The notes: generated by a model not told the origin, from the sequence alone. A stretch of 20,000 bases of DNA from an uncultured virus (IMG/VR IMGVR_UViG_3300017782_000010) (IMGVR_UViG_3300017782_000010), one strand, 5' to 3'; positions 1 through 8,283 are shown, counted from the stretch's first letter. Numbers and translations: made by a program.

Positions 1-1
1 T

Positions 2-553
2 AAAAAAAAGACACAGTTTGAACACGGTGACCTCAAACTGATTAAGTTTCTTGCAAGAGAAGACCATTGGAGTCCATTTGGACACGCATCTATGCAGTTC
101 CATATCAAGGCTCCAATCTTTGTTGCAAGACAGTTAGTCAAACACCAAGTAGGTTTGGTATGGAATGAAATATCAAGACGATATGTTGATGATGAACCAG
201 AATTCTATACACCGAAAGAGTGGAGACTGCGAACAGAAGATAAGAAACAAGGTAGTAGTGAAGAGACTGTCGAGTATAATATTGATGGTGCAATTCAGTT
301 CGTGACACAGACATACAAGAATCTGTTGAACGCCAATATCGCACCAGAGATGGCGAGAATAGTTCTCCCACAAAACCTTTACACAGAATGGTACTGGTCT
401 GGTACACTGATGGCCTTTGCAAGAATTTGTAATTTACGTTGTGCAAAGGACACTCAATATGAGACACAGATTATCGCAAACAAGATTGATGAATATGGAC
501 ACAATTTATTCCCAGCATCCTGGCCTGAACTCAGAAGTATTGATTCAGAATAG
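2..553 (+). CDS. thyX: FAD-dependent thymidylate synthase ThyX (5'-truncated by window edge)
   Basis: Frame is open from position 2 (KKKTQFEHGDLKLIKFLAREDHWSPFGHASMQF...). Contains HWSPFGH, ARQLVKHQ, WNEISRRY and APEMARIVLPQ, the ThyX motifs. Confidence 0.95.
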   Translation, partial: KKKTQFEHGDLKLIKFLAREDHWSPFGHASMQFHIKAPIFVARQLVKHQVGLVWNEISRRYVDDEPEFYTPKEWRLRTEDKKQGSSEETVEYNIDGAIQFVTQTYKNLLNANIAPEMARIVLPQNLYTEWYWSGTLMAFARICNLRCAKDTQYETQIIANKIDEYGHNLFPASWPELRSIDSE

Positions 554-554
554 G

Positions 555-1376
555 ATGACAACAGAGAACGCATTTTGTTTTGGTAACGGAAAGTCAAGAC
601 TAGATTTTGACATGAAGGTTATCGAAGGTAGAGGCACCACGTTTGGGTGCAATGCAATATATCGTGATATGAAGGTTGACCATCTGGTAACAGTGGATAA
701 TGAAATCACTCATGAGATTTACAGGAGTGGTTACTGTCAAGACAACCACACTCATATTCGTGATTGGAATGTATTACCTATGTTCTTTCTCAATGAGATG
801 AAGGAAGACTATCAAGACGCTGATATTTGTATAGGACATGATGACGTTGGGTTTGTAATACACGGTTCTAATACGGCCGATGTGGATGCACACTTTAAAA
901 AGATTGTGGAAGAGAACCCAGACATTGACATCAAGAAACTAGAATGGGAACGCAAACAAGTCAAGACCTTTATCACTGGTGTTAAAGAAGGTGACCTTGC
1001 AAAAACGATTGTGAATGACAGGATGCAGAGTTGTGGTGTTCTGTCTATTCAAATCGCCTGTGAGATGGGTGCAAAGAATGTGTTCATTATAGGTCATGAC
1101 CTATATTCAAAAGATTTGAAGTTAAACAATGTATATGGTGGAACAACTGGATATCTACCAGAAACTTCAAATTATGTGAAGCCCGACAGTTGGATTGTCG
1201 GTCATAAAACTAATTTTGACAACTACCCAGATGTCAACTTTTACAAGGTGAATAAAGATGTTCTAGGAACAGATGACACCTGTTGTTTTGTTGAGGCCTG
1301 GCGTGATTGTGAAAATCTACAGTATATTACCCAAGAAGAAGTTGAAAGACTCCTTGACTTTGGGTGGATGATGTAG
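555..1376 (+). CDS. Maf/DUF115 (MptE-like, sialyltransferase-like fold) domain protein
   Basis: ATG at 555 follows the thyX stop. Motifs FCFGNGKSR, GCNAIYRD..DHLVTVD and SCGVLSIQIACEMGAKNVFIIGHD resemble this family. The ORF-track start at 417 overlaps thyX and is unlikely. Confidence 0.55.
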   Translation: MTTENAFCFGNGKSRLDFDMKVIEGRGTTFGCNAIYRDMKVDHLVTVDNEITHEIYRSGYCQDNHTHIRDWNVLPMFFLNEMKEDYQDADICIGHDDVGFVIHGSNTADVDAHFKKIVEENPDIDIKKLEWERKQVKTFITGVKEGDLAKTIVNDRMQSCGVLSIQIACEMGAKNVFIIGHDLYSKDLKLNNVYGGTTGYLPETSNYVKPDSWIVGHKTNFDNYPDVNFYKVNKDVLGTDDTCCFVEAWRDCENLQYITQEEVERLLDFGWMM

Positions 1377-1382
1377 TATTAT
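1354..1382 (+). promoter_or_regulatory. sigma70-type promoter for gp32
   Basis: TTGACT (1354-1359), 17 nt spacer, TATTAT (1377-1382). Confidence 0.7.
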
Positions 1383-1387
1383 AAATA
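1380..1387 (+). promoter_or_regulatory. T4-type late promoter for gp32
   Basis: Exact TATAAATA, overlapping the -10 box of the sigma70 promoter. Confidence 0.8.
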
Positions 1388-1446
1388 AAATATATGATGA
1401 AAGACTGTGAAATACTTAAACATACGATAACATACGGAGAAAAAAT

Positions 1447-2331
1447 ATGTCGTTAGATACACTTAGACGAGCGAACACGCTCGACAAACTACTCTCTCAA
1501 GTTCAGGCAGAGAGTGCCCCTCAAGAAAAGAAGTCTTATGTAGACGAAAGACTGTGGAAACCAGAACTGGATAAGTCTGGTAACGGTTATGCAGTTATTC
1601 GTTTCTTGCCTGCACCAGAAGGTGAAGAACTACCTTGGGTGAAAGTCTGGAAACACGCTTTCCAAGGCCCAACAGGTAAGTGGTACATTGAGAATTCTTT
1701 GACCACCATGAACCAAAAAGACCCTGTGTCAGAATACAATTCCTCACTATGGAATTCTGGTCTTGAGTCTGATAAGGAGATTGCGAGGAAACAGAAACGT
1801 AAACTTGAGTACTACTCAAACATTTACGTTGTGTCTGACTCCAAACACCCAGAGAATGAAGGAAAGGTATTCCTTTTCAGATACGGTAAGAAAATCTTTG
1901 ATAAGATGATGGCGGCAATGCAACCAGAATTTGAAGATGAGACACCTATCAATCCTTTTGACTTTTGGGAAGGTGCGAACTTCAAACTGAAGATTCGTAA
2001 AGTTGATGGTTACTGGAACTATGATGCATCCTCTTTTGAGACTGTATCTGCACTGAAAGATGATGATGATGCTCTCAACAACATCTGGAAGACCCAGTAT
2101 TCATTGCAAGAGTTTCTTGCACCTACCAACTTCAAGTCTTATGACGAACTGAAGAAGAGACTTGATGATGTTCTCTCTGGTACGGTAACTGCAAGTGCGG
2201 CTGCAATGATGGATGAAGATGTTGTTGAAACACCTCAAATGAAGAGTGAACCAGCACCATCTATTCCTAGTGTAGATGCAACTGACGAAGATGACACCAT
2301 GTCATACTTTCAGAAACTTGCGAATGGGTAA
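1447..2331 (+). CDS. 32: T4 gp32-like single-stranded DNA-binding protein
   Basis: DERLWKPELDKSGNGYAVIRFLP, HAFQGPTGKWYIENSLTT, NPFDFWEGANFKLKIRKV and the acidic tail DEDDTMSYFQKLA. SD GGAG upstream. Confidence 0.97.
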   Translation: MSLDTLRRANTLDKLLSQVQAESAPQEKKSYVDERLWKPELDKSGNGYAVIRFLPAPEGEELPWVKVWKHAFQGPTGKWYIENSLTTMNQKDPVSEYNSSLWNSGLESDKEIARKQKRKLEYYSNIYVVSDSKHPENEGKVFLFRYGKKIFDKMMAAMQPEFEDETPINPFDFWEGANFKLKIRKVDGYWNYDASSFETVSALKDDDDALNNIWKTQYSLQEFLAPTNFKSYDELKKRLDDVLSGTVTASAAAMMDEDVVETPQMKSEPAPSIPSVDATDEDDTMSYFQKLANG

Positions 2332-2404
2332 GTTGTCAAACCCTGTGTAGAAAGTCCTTAGTGTCGTAACACCACAAAAAGACAACGCATAGTAGACCAA
2401 GACG

Positions 2405-2436
2405 GAGAGGCAGGGGCAACCCTGTCTCTCTTTTTT
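2405..2436 (+). terminator. Rho-independent terminator after gp32
   Basis: GAGAGGCAGGG-GCAA-CCCTGTCTCTC (11-bp stem, GNRA loop) followed by T6. Confidence 0.9.
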
Positions 2437-2444
2437 ACTAAATA
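2437..2444 (+). promoter_or_regulatory. Late promoter variant
   Basis: ACTAAATA immediately after the terminator and upstream of SD AGGAG and ATG 2473. Confidence 0.5.
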
Positions 2445-2472
2445 CTATTGAAGTCATCAGTAGGAGAGAGAG

Positions 2473-2955
2473 ATGATTGAGGTAGTCGCCGCTGTGTCAG
2501 CGGCATCGAGCGCCTTTGGCGCCATCAAAAAAGGTTTTGAGGTCGGTAGAGATATTGAATCCATGGCAGGCGATTTAGGTCGCTGGATGGGTGCAGTATC
2601 AGATATCAAGAAGGCCGAAGAGTATAATAAGAAACCACCCCTGTTTAAAAAACTGTTTGCGGCCGGTTCTGTTGAAGAAGAGGCCATGCAAATATTCATG
2701 GCCAAGAAAAAGGCCGATGATATGCGTGAACAGTTACGTCAAATCATTACCTATACTAGAGGGCCAACTGCATGGCAGGAGCTCTTGAAAACAGAGGCGG
2801 ATATACGCAAGAAACGTCAGAAGATGATTTATGACCAAAAGGAAAGACAACGTAAGTTTGTAGAGTACACACTCGCATTTATACTTGTTGCGATAACATC
2901 TGCCTTAATTGTTTGGGGTATCTATTTCATCATGGATGTAAAAGGAATGTTGTAA
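2473..2955 (+). CDS. Hypothetical coiled-coil protein with C-terminal transmembrane helix
   Basis: 160 aa, SD AGGAG, helical charged body, hydrophobic C-terminus YTLAFILVAITSALIVWGIYFIM. Confidence 0.8.
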   Translation: MIEVVAAVSAASSAFGAIKKGFEVGRDIESMAGDLGRWMGAVSDIKKAEEYNKKPPLFKKLFAAGSVEEEAMQIFMAKKKADDMREQLRQIITYTRGPTAWQELLKTEADIRKKRQKMIYDQKERQRKFVEYTLAFILVAITSALIVWGIYFIMDVKGML

Positions 2956-3140
2956 TGATGTTGTTTTTTATTGTGGCCTGTCTCGTTTCACTTCTTGGGT
3001 GTCTAGGTTATATTATATGGATGGATGACCAGTTATACAGAGAACCATATATTCCAGAGTTTGATTCAGAGAGAAAAGTTCGTGAGATTAAATTACGTCT
3101 TGCAGACTTAGAATTCAAACAGAAACAGTCGATACAATGA
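2955..3140 (+). CDS. Small membrane-anchored hypothetical protein
   Basis: TAATG coupling to the previous gene, SD AAGGA, N-terminal TM segment MMLFFIVACLVSLLGCLGYIIW. Confidence 0.65.
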   Translation: MMLFFIVACLVSLLGCLGYIIWMDDQLYREPYIPEFDSERKVREIKLRLADLEFKQKQSIQ

Positions 3141-3367
3141 TACACGCATTCATGTTAGTAGTTGTTTTAGGAACAGGTGAGTTTCGACAGATACAACCGA
3201 ATGCAATGGTATTCAGAAGTATTGATGTGTGTTTGTATTATGCAAAACGTATTCCTAAACAATATGGTAATTACTCATATAGTTCATACATAGACCCCAA
3301 GGATAGAGTCACTGCATATTGTAAACCTGTCAAAGTTCAAGACGGGCCTAACGTGTATGACCACTAA
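3137..3367 (+). CDS. Hypothetical protein (hydrophobic N-terminus, two Cys)
   Basis: 76 aa, ATGA overlap with the previous gene. Stop codon overlaps the stop of the convergent minus-strand gene. Confidence 0.7.
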   Translation: MIHAFMLVVVLGTGEFRQIQPNAMVFRSIDVCLYYAKRIPKQYGNYSYSSYIDPKDRVTAYCKPVKVQDGPNVYDH

Positions 3368-5307
3368 AGTACTGGTACTGTTCCTGCCGGTGCTGCTGTA
3401 TCTTTAAGAGGTTGAGTAGTCACACTTGAACTACTACTGTTATTACTATTATCAGTGTTGTTATAGTTGTTTACAACGACACCGCCCTGTTGACCCCTCA
3501 TTTCTTCAGACGCATTAATTAACTCTTCCATTCTATCTGCATCACCAGACGCTCTCGCCTCTGCAAACTCTTGAGTAAGACCTGCCGACTTCAATAATGC
3601 AGATTGAGTATCATCTGGTTCTGGAAGAATCCTTGCACCTGTGTTTGGGTCAAGACCAGCGAATTCGTAAACACCATCTGGAATAACGGATGAAACTGCA
3701 CCCCTAATCCAGTTTGCAATTCTACTACCACCTTCTTCTCCAGCAGGATTAGGTAAGATACCACGAAGAATACCTTTCAATAAGTCTTTTGCGGCCTCAC
3801 CAATATTTTTCATACCAGACATCAAGTCTGCAATCAAATCATTTTCACCAGTAAACAGACCTACAATATAATCAACTGCCTTTGATACAAGGTTGAACGG
3901 TGCAGATACAATATCCATCAATAGGTCTTTGAAACTAAAAGAGTCAAGGAATTCAACCGCACCGTCAAACCCAAGTTTACCCATAATCCATGAGACACCA
4001 TCTTTAAGTAAGTCAAGAGGCATACCAACCAAGTTACCTATCAGTTTAGATAGACCACCACCAACACCATCAATAAATTTAGATACTATACTGTCACCAT
4101 CTGATTCTTTCCAACCGTCAATGAAACCTGTTATCAAATCAAATGCAGACATAACGATTGTTACTGGTAGGAATAATTTACCCAACACTGTACCAAATCC
4201 TTTTGCAAAACCAAGTATTTTACCAATGACACCACCCTTGCCCGCCATTGCAGAAACACTGGTTACTGAATTTCCAATTGCACCAAACACTCTTGATACT
4301 GGTTGAAATAAACTTTTCACACCCTTGATAAAATCATCCAACATGGTTGATGCAGTAGTAATAAACTTGTTTCCTTGGAGATTTGTTAGACCTGTAGTGA
4401 AGAAACTTTTGATTGCCTTGAATTTGTCACCAATGAATGTAAAGAATCTACCAATTAGAGTGTCGGGCCCTGCGAATGTATTTGCAGTATTTCTTATGAT
4501 GGCCTTGATAGGGTCAAAAAGTTTGTCAAATGTTAGAATTATCGCCTTGATACCGTTGAATTGTCTTTTGATTTCTGTTACAAACGCACCAACAAATGAT
4601 GTAATGACTGCACCTATCAAACCAATCGGTGCGAGTAGACCCATACCGACATCTTCTGCTTTGATGTTTGCGACACCTTCTGCAAGATTGTCGATACCTC
4701 TTGCAATACTGTGGAAGATAGATTGTGTCTCTTGTTCTTGACGCATCTTCTCATTATCTTTTTCAACTCTTTTGGCCGCACCCTTCATCTCATTTGCACG
4801 AGCCTTATCGTCTGCGTCAAGTTGTTCTTGATTCATACCAATCAACTTATCGACACCCATCAAGAACCCACCCTTGTCATTGGTGAACATACCAGCGGCG
4901 ATGTTAAATTGGTCTACATCAAATCCAAGTAAATTTTCTGTTGCAGACTTTAACTCTGACGCCTCTTTTTCTTGTGCCTGAAATACTGCCTGTTGTTTTT
5001 TAAGATGACCAAACTGTTCTCTTGTAAGACCAAGACGTTGACGCAAGAGTGCTTGTTCTCTCTTGTCCTTCAACATTGCAAACCCTTTGTTGAACAGTGT
5101 CTTACCAACTGCACCAAGTGTTTGTACGCCAGGCAGATTTAGAAACGGTTGTGTGAATGAATCAGTGACCTTTTTCAAATCGCCAGCGACTGTCAATGCA
5201 ATCTCTTTACCTGCCGATTGATTAAAATCTCTGAGTTCTTCTGTAACCCTAGTTAGTTGTCTGGATGCCTCTGCAAACGCTTGGGCCTGTCGTGCGTCAT
5301 CTGCCAT
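3364..5307 (-). CDS. Tape-measure / baseplate hub protein (T4 gp29-like)
   Basis: 647 aa: coiled-coil N-terminus, long G/A/F-rich amphipathic middle, N/S-rich C-terminus. Lies downstream of gp26/gp51-like genes. Confidence 0.7.
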   Translation of the reverse strand: MADDARQAQAFAEASRQLTRVTEELRDFNQSAGKEIALTVAGDLKKVTDSFTQPFLNLPGVQTLGAVGKTLFNKGFAMLKDKREQALLRQRLGLTREQFGHLKKQQAVFQAQEKEASELKSATENLLGFDVDQFNIAAGMFTNDKGGFLMGVDKLIGMNQEQLDADDKARANEMKGAAKRVEKDNEKMRQEQETQSIFHSIARGIDNLAEGVANIKAEDVGMGLLAPIGLIGAVITSFVGAFVTEIKRQFNGIKAIILTFDKLFDPIKAIIRNTANTFAGPDTLIGRFFTFIGDKFKAIKSFFTTGLTNLQGNKFITTASTMLDDFIKGVKSLFQPVSRVFGAIGNSVTSVSAMAGKGGVIGKILGFAKGFGTVLGKLFLPVTIVMSAFDLITGFIDGWKESDGDSIVSKFIDGVGGGLSKLIGNLVGMPLDLLKDGVSWIMGKLGFDGAVEFLDSFSFKDLLMDIVSAPFNLVSKAVDYIVGLFTGENDLIADLMSGMKNIGEAAKDLLKGILRGILPNPAGEEGGSRIANWIRGAVSSVIPDGVYEFAGLDPNTGARILPEPDDTQSALLKSAGLTQEFAEARASGDADRMEELINASEEMRGQQGGVVVNNYNNTDNSNNSSSSSVTTQPLKDTAAPAGTVPVL

Positions 5308-5311
5308 TTAC

Positions 5312-5656
5312 TTACTTCTTTTTATCTGTATATGCATTTGCACCAAAGTATGCGGCGACTAATGCAGAGATGGCAACAAAGTATGTCGGTGCAATATCAC
5401 CAATAATTGTTGCGGCCTTCTCTTGTCCTAAAATTGATGTAATAAAAATACCTGCCGGATAGAGTAACATACCCAACAATGCAAACCAAGTCATCTTACG
5501 CATTGCATCTCTACGGGCATCTGCGTCTTCAAGTTCTTTTCTTTTGAATTCCAAATTCATCTCCATTTCTTCTTGTGAAATGTGTCCATCACCATTACTG
5601 TCAACCTTGTCTATAACCGCTGGGTCTGCGGTAACGGTTTTCTTCTCTTCAGACAT
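5312..5656 (-). CDS. EF-hand-containing two-TM membrane protein (holin-like)
   Basis: EF-hand loop DSNGDGHISQEE, two hydrophobic helices, basic C-terminus YFGANAYTDKKK. SD GGGAG and its own late promoter upstream. Confidence 0.7.
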   Translation of the reverse strand: MSEEKKTVTADPAVIDKVDSNGDGHISQEEMEMNLEFKRKELEDADARRDAMRKMTWFALLGMLLYPAGIFITSILGQEKAATIIGDIAPTYFVAISALVAAYFGANAYTDKKK

Positions 5657-5673
5657 TACTCTCTCCCTTTGTA

Positions 5674-5814
5674 TTATTTATACTGTGCGTTCTGTCTTTT
5701 AATGCGTTCATTTTCTTCTTCAATATGTGCCTTCAACATTGAGACATATATTTCCCTTTCCCACGGTATCATATCATCTAATTCTGTTAGATTGTAATGA
5801 TAGTTTTGCATCAT
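5674..5814 (-). CDS. 51: gp51-like baseplate hub assembly ORF (absent from ORF track; probably expressed as a -1 frameshift extension of gp26)
   Basis: Translated by hand: MMQNYHYNLTELDDMIPWEREIYVSMLKAHIEEENERIKRQNAQYK. The MIPWEREIY motif matches gp51-like proteins of marine T4-like phages. The frame stays open upstream into the gp26 3' end and the ATG has no SD. Confidence 0.8.
   Translation of the reverse strand: MMQNYHYNLTELDDMIPWEREIYVSMLKAHIEEENERIKRQNAQYK
5675..5682 (-). promoter_or_regulatory. T4-type late promoter
   Basis: TATTTATA on + strand = TATAAATA on - strand, upstream of the 5656 start. Confidence 0.8.
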
Positions 5815-5861
5815 GATAAAATTAGTCTTATAGTACGCTTTAAGACTATCATGAGAAAGGC

Positions 5862-6569
5862 CTACCCTAAAAAACTTTGCAATCCTTCAAGTCTGATTTT
5901 ATTCTCAACATCAGTGTTTGGGTTCTTGATTACAATATCATGTCTCAATCTAGGGATACCATCAAAGAACGCTTGTACATCTGCGAACTGGTCAGTATTC
6001 ATAGATTCGATAAACTCATCTAATTCATTTTTAGGTAGTTCCTCATAAACCTCATTCTCATCAAAAATGTTTACAAGACATTCACCAATCACACCAAACG
6101 TCAACTCTACTGCACCCATCTCACCACTAGTATACTTTTTCAAGTCTTTCAGTGATGGATACTTCATTGTCATACCAACTGTGTCGGTAATCATGATTGT
6201 GTTGGAATGACCTTCAGTATGTTGAATTTCAACATCATTAAGATTTAGAGTGTATGGAACAATTGTCTTATTATCGTCTTCACAAGTTAGTTGTAATTCG
6301 ATTTCGTCACCAACTGACTTGGAACGAATTTTGAGAAACATATACTCAACATCGAATGACGGTAATTGTTCTGGATTTGCAATTGCACCAAAGGTACATG
6401 ACTTGATGAGTTCGCACATGGCATCGGCCATCTCTGTACCTTCACCTGTCTCTTGCGCCATCATCAAGACCTTTTGTTCCTTTACCAAAAAGGGTCGGAA
6501 CTTAATTGTTTCCCCTGTTGACGGTTGTACCATCTCATGCGTAGGGGTATTTAACTTAGGCAACGCCAT
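5862..6569 (-). CDS. 26: Baseplate hub assembly chaperone gp26
   Basis: MALPKLNTP, IKFRPFLVKEQKVLMMA, FDVEYMFLKIRSKSVG and LEGLQSF. SD AGGAG. Confidence 0.92.
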   Translation of the reverse strand: MALPKLNTPTHEMVQPSTGETIKFRPFLVKEQKVLMMAQETGEGTEMADAMCELIKSCTFGAIANPEQLPSFDVEYMFLKIRSKSVGDEIELQLTCEDDNKTIVPYTLNLNDVEIQHTEGHSNTIMITDTVGMTMKYPSLKDLKKYTSGEMGAVELTFGVIGECLVNIFDENEVYEELPKNELDEFIESMNTDQFADVQAFFDGIPRLRHDIVIKNPNTDVENKIRLEGLQSFLG

Positions 6570-6590
6570 AATATTCTCCTATATTAATAA

Positions 6591-7319
6591 TTAAAATAAT
6601 CGCCTCAAAACAGCTGGTATCTGAGTTTGTACTTGTTTGATAACAGCGTCTTTCAATATATCTTGAAGTGTAGACTCAAGATTTGCCTTTTGTGGTTCGG
6701 TTGCAATATTTCTCCAATAACGATACGCAAACGAAACACTACACTTATTTATCGTGTTACTTGATGCATGACCAAATGGTATTGCATCAATAGTTTTGGG
6801 GAACGCCTCTTCAAGACGGACACCCATTGTTCTCTCATCTTTTTCGTTGAGTGCATAAATCTCAACTGCACCAACATACTCTTTATAATAGTTGATGTTA
6901 TATGTGTCTGGATTGTATGTGACCTTCTGCCATTCCTCAAAGAAATATCTTTCGGCCATGTCAGACCCCATGTAGAATGTTGCGGCAACCTCTGCAAATG
7001 TTTGACCCTGTACCATCTCATGTGGTGGGCCATAAATGTTACCATTCATTTGAGTACGAAGGTTTCTGCCTGGCATGGAAATACTGTCACAACGAAACGA
7101 AATACGTCTTGCAGTTTCACCATGTAGTTGTGATAACAAGTTACCAGATTGTGCAGAATCACCTGCCTCTGGATTGTTACTACCAGACGGTAAACCAATC
7201 ACCACCTCATAACGATTTGCCTTTGAATATCCATCTCTGGATGCATTGTGTGAAAGGATTGCATTCAACCCACCAAACACTGCACCACCAAGGACATTAC
7301 CAAAATTGAATTTTGCCAT
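6591..7319 (-). CDS. 54: Tail tube initiator gp54-like (gp19-fold) protein
   Basis: ANRYEV, CDSISMPGRNL, FFEEWQ, YNINYYKEYVG, EAFPKTI and SFAYRYW. Located between gp2 and gp26. Confidence 0.7.
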   Translation of the reverse strand: MAKFNFGNVLGGAVFGGLNAILSHNASRDGYSKANRYEVVIGLPSGSNNPEAGDSAQSGNLLSQLHGETARRISFRCDSISMPGRNLRTQMNGNIYGPPHEMVQGQTFAEVAATFYMGSDMAERYFFEEWQKVTYNPDTYNINYYKEYVGAVEIYALNEKDERTMGVRLEEAFPKTIDAIPFGHASSNTINKCSVSFAYRYWRNIATEPQKANLESTLQDILKDAVIKQVQTQIPAVLRRLF

Positions 7320-7840
7320 TAAATCATCTTCCTAGAATCTGACCATACTTCAGTCGCAGACGCTTTCTTAAACCGTTGTACTGGTAACATAATTGCAGTA
7401 AGGTTGTCATCATCTGGTATCTTGCGAAAGGCCGACTTTGTAAACCCATACAAATATCTTTTCAGACATGGACGAGTCAATCGGTTATTTTCAATCGCAC
7501 TGATACTTAGATTATCACCACCAGCCGCATCAAGTAATCTCGCTCTTAATGCATATGGTAGATAGTGAAAGTTAAGACCAAGGAAACCATTACTATATCT
7601 TTTCAATGGTAGTACCAATGGGAACGTGTCATAGTATGGTAGTTTATTTCTCAACTTAGGAGAATACACAAACATATTCAATGAACCAAACGCAGGCGTT
7701 CTATTTAAATCACCACTACGCAACAGTTCAGGCACACTAGGTGTACCCAATTCCTTAATACGATTTCGATACCATTTAAACGGTTCGTTGCCCGTCTTTA
7801 TCTGTTTCGATATCCTGTCAAAGTAACTTTCTTCTGCCAT
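7319..7840 (-). CDS. 2: DNA end protector protein gp2
   Basis: MFVYSPK, LPYYDTFPLVLP, GFLGLNFHYLP, PCLKRYL and VWSDS. Confidence 0.9.
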   Translation of the reverse strand: MAEESYFDRISKQIKTGNEPFKWYRNRIKELGTPSVPELLRSGDLNRTPAFGSLNMFVYSPKLRNKLPYYDTFPLVLPLKRYSNGFLGLNFHYLPYALRARLLDAAGGDNLSISAIENNRLTRPCLKRYLYGFTKSAFRKIPDDDNLTAIMLPVQRFKKASATEVWSDSRKMI

Positions 7841-7845
7841 ACTTC

Positions 7846-7853
7846 TATTTATA
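7846..7853 (-). promoter_or_regulatory. T4-type late promoter for gp2
   Basis: TATAAATA on - strand, overlapping the gp4 stop and 5 nt from the gp2 ATG, which would make the mRNA nearly leaderless. Confidence 0.7.
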
Positions 7854-8283
7854 TCATCAATTCAACTTCTGTGAGGATGATAAACTCCATATTCCTGTCC
7901 TTACACCACTCTGTCGCATTCATCCACTTGGCCTCATTGATTGCATATGTACGCACCTCATTGATGTATTTCTTGGTTTTGCGTTTTGGTGTTTTAGGGG
8001 GTTTTGTTTGCACTTTCGGTTTGACTTCTACTACCCACTTCTTGACTTTGTTTTCTTTGGTTTTGACCTTTACATAGAAGTCTGGAAAGTAACGGTGTAT
8101 CTTACCATCAATGGGTGAACGATATGGAATGAAAAACTCTTCAGAACCCCATTCTATAATTCTGTCATTCATGTCACAATAAACCATGAACTTTCGCTCC
8201 CACAAACTACGATAAATAATATTAGATGGGTCGCCTTTATACTTTTTGGGGTTGGATGGACTATATCTTCCACGGTATGCCAT
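7849..8283 (-). CDS. 4: Head completion protein gp4 (TnsA-like nuclease fold)
   Basis: MAYRGRYSPSNPKKYKGDPSNIIYRSLWERKFM, WGSEE, HRYFPDF and EVKP. Start placed at ATG 8283, not at 8442. Confidence 0.93.
   Translation of the reverse strand: MAYRGRYSPSNPKKYKGDPSNIIYRSLWERKFMVYCDMNDRIIEWGSEEFFIPYRSPIDGKIHRYFPDFYVKVKTKENKVKKWVVEVKPKVQTKPPKTPKRKTKKYINEVRTYAINEAKWMNATEWCKDRNMEFIILTEVELMI

Noticed and set aside
417..554. Upstream start for the 417-1376 ORF
   Set aside because: Lies inside thyX. The family-like motif starts just after ATG 555.
2332..2400. tRNA or known ribozyme/riboswitch after gp32
   Set aside because: No T-loop GTTCRA or cloverleaf, and no hammerhead, twister or c-di-GMP consensus recognised. 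Kept only as an unknown RNA candidate.
3420..3475. Low-complexity TTA/CTA-rich tract
   Set aside because: Encodes the Asn/Ser-rich C-terminal linker of the tape-measure-like protein, not an independent repeat element.
3893..4932. Plus-strand ORFs 3893-4306, 4325-4741 and 4711-4932
   Set aside because: Antisense shadows of the tape-measure-like gene, with no SD or recognisable motifs.
5582..7309. Plus-strand ORFs opposite gp51, gp26 and gp54
   Set aside because: Antisense to well-supported structural genes.
7849..8283. TnsA-like motif as evidence of a transposon or homing endonuclease
   Set aside because: It is the core T4 head completion protein gp4 in its usual context, with no terminal repeats.
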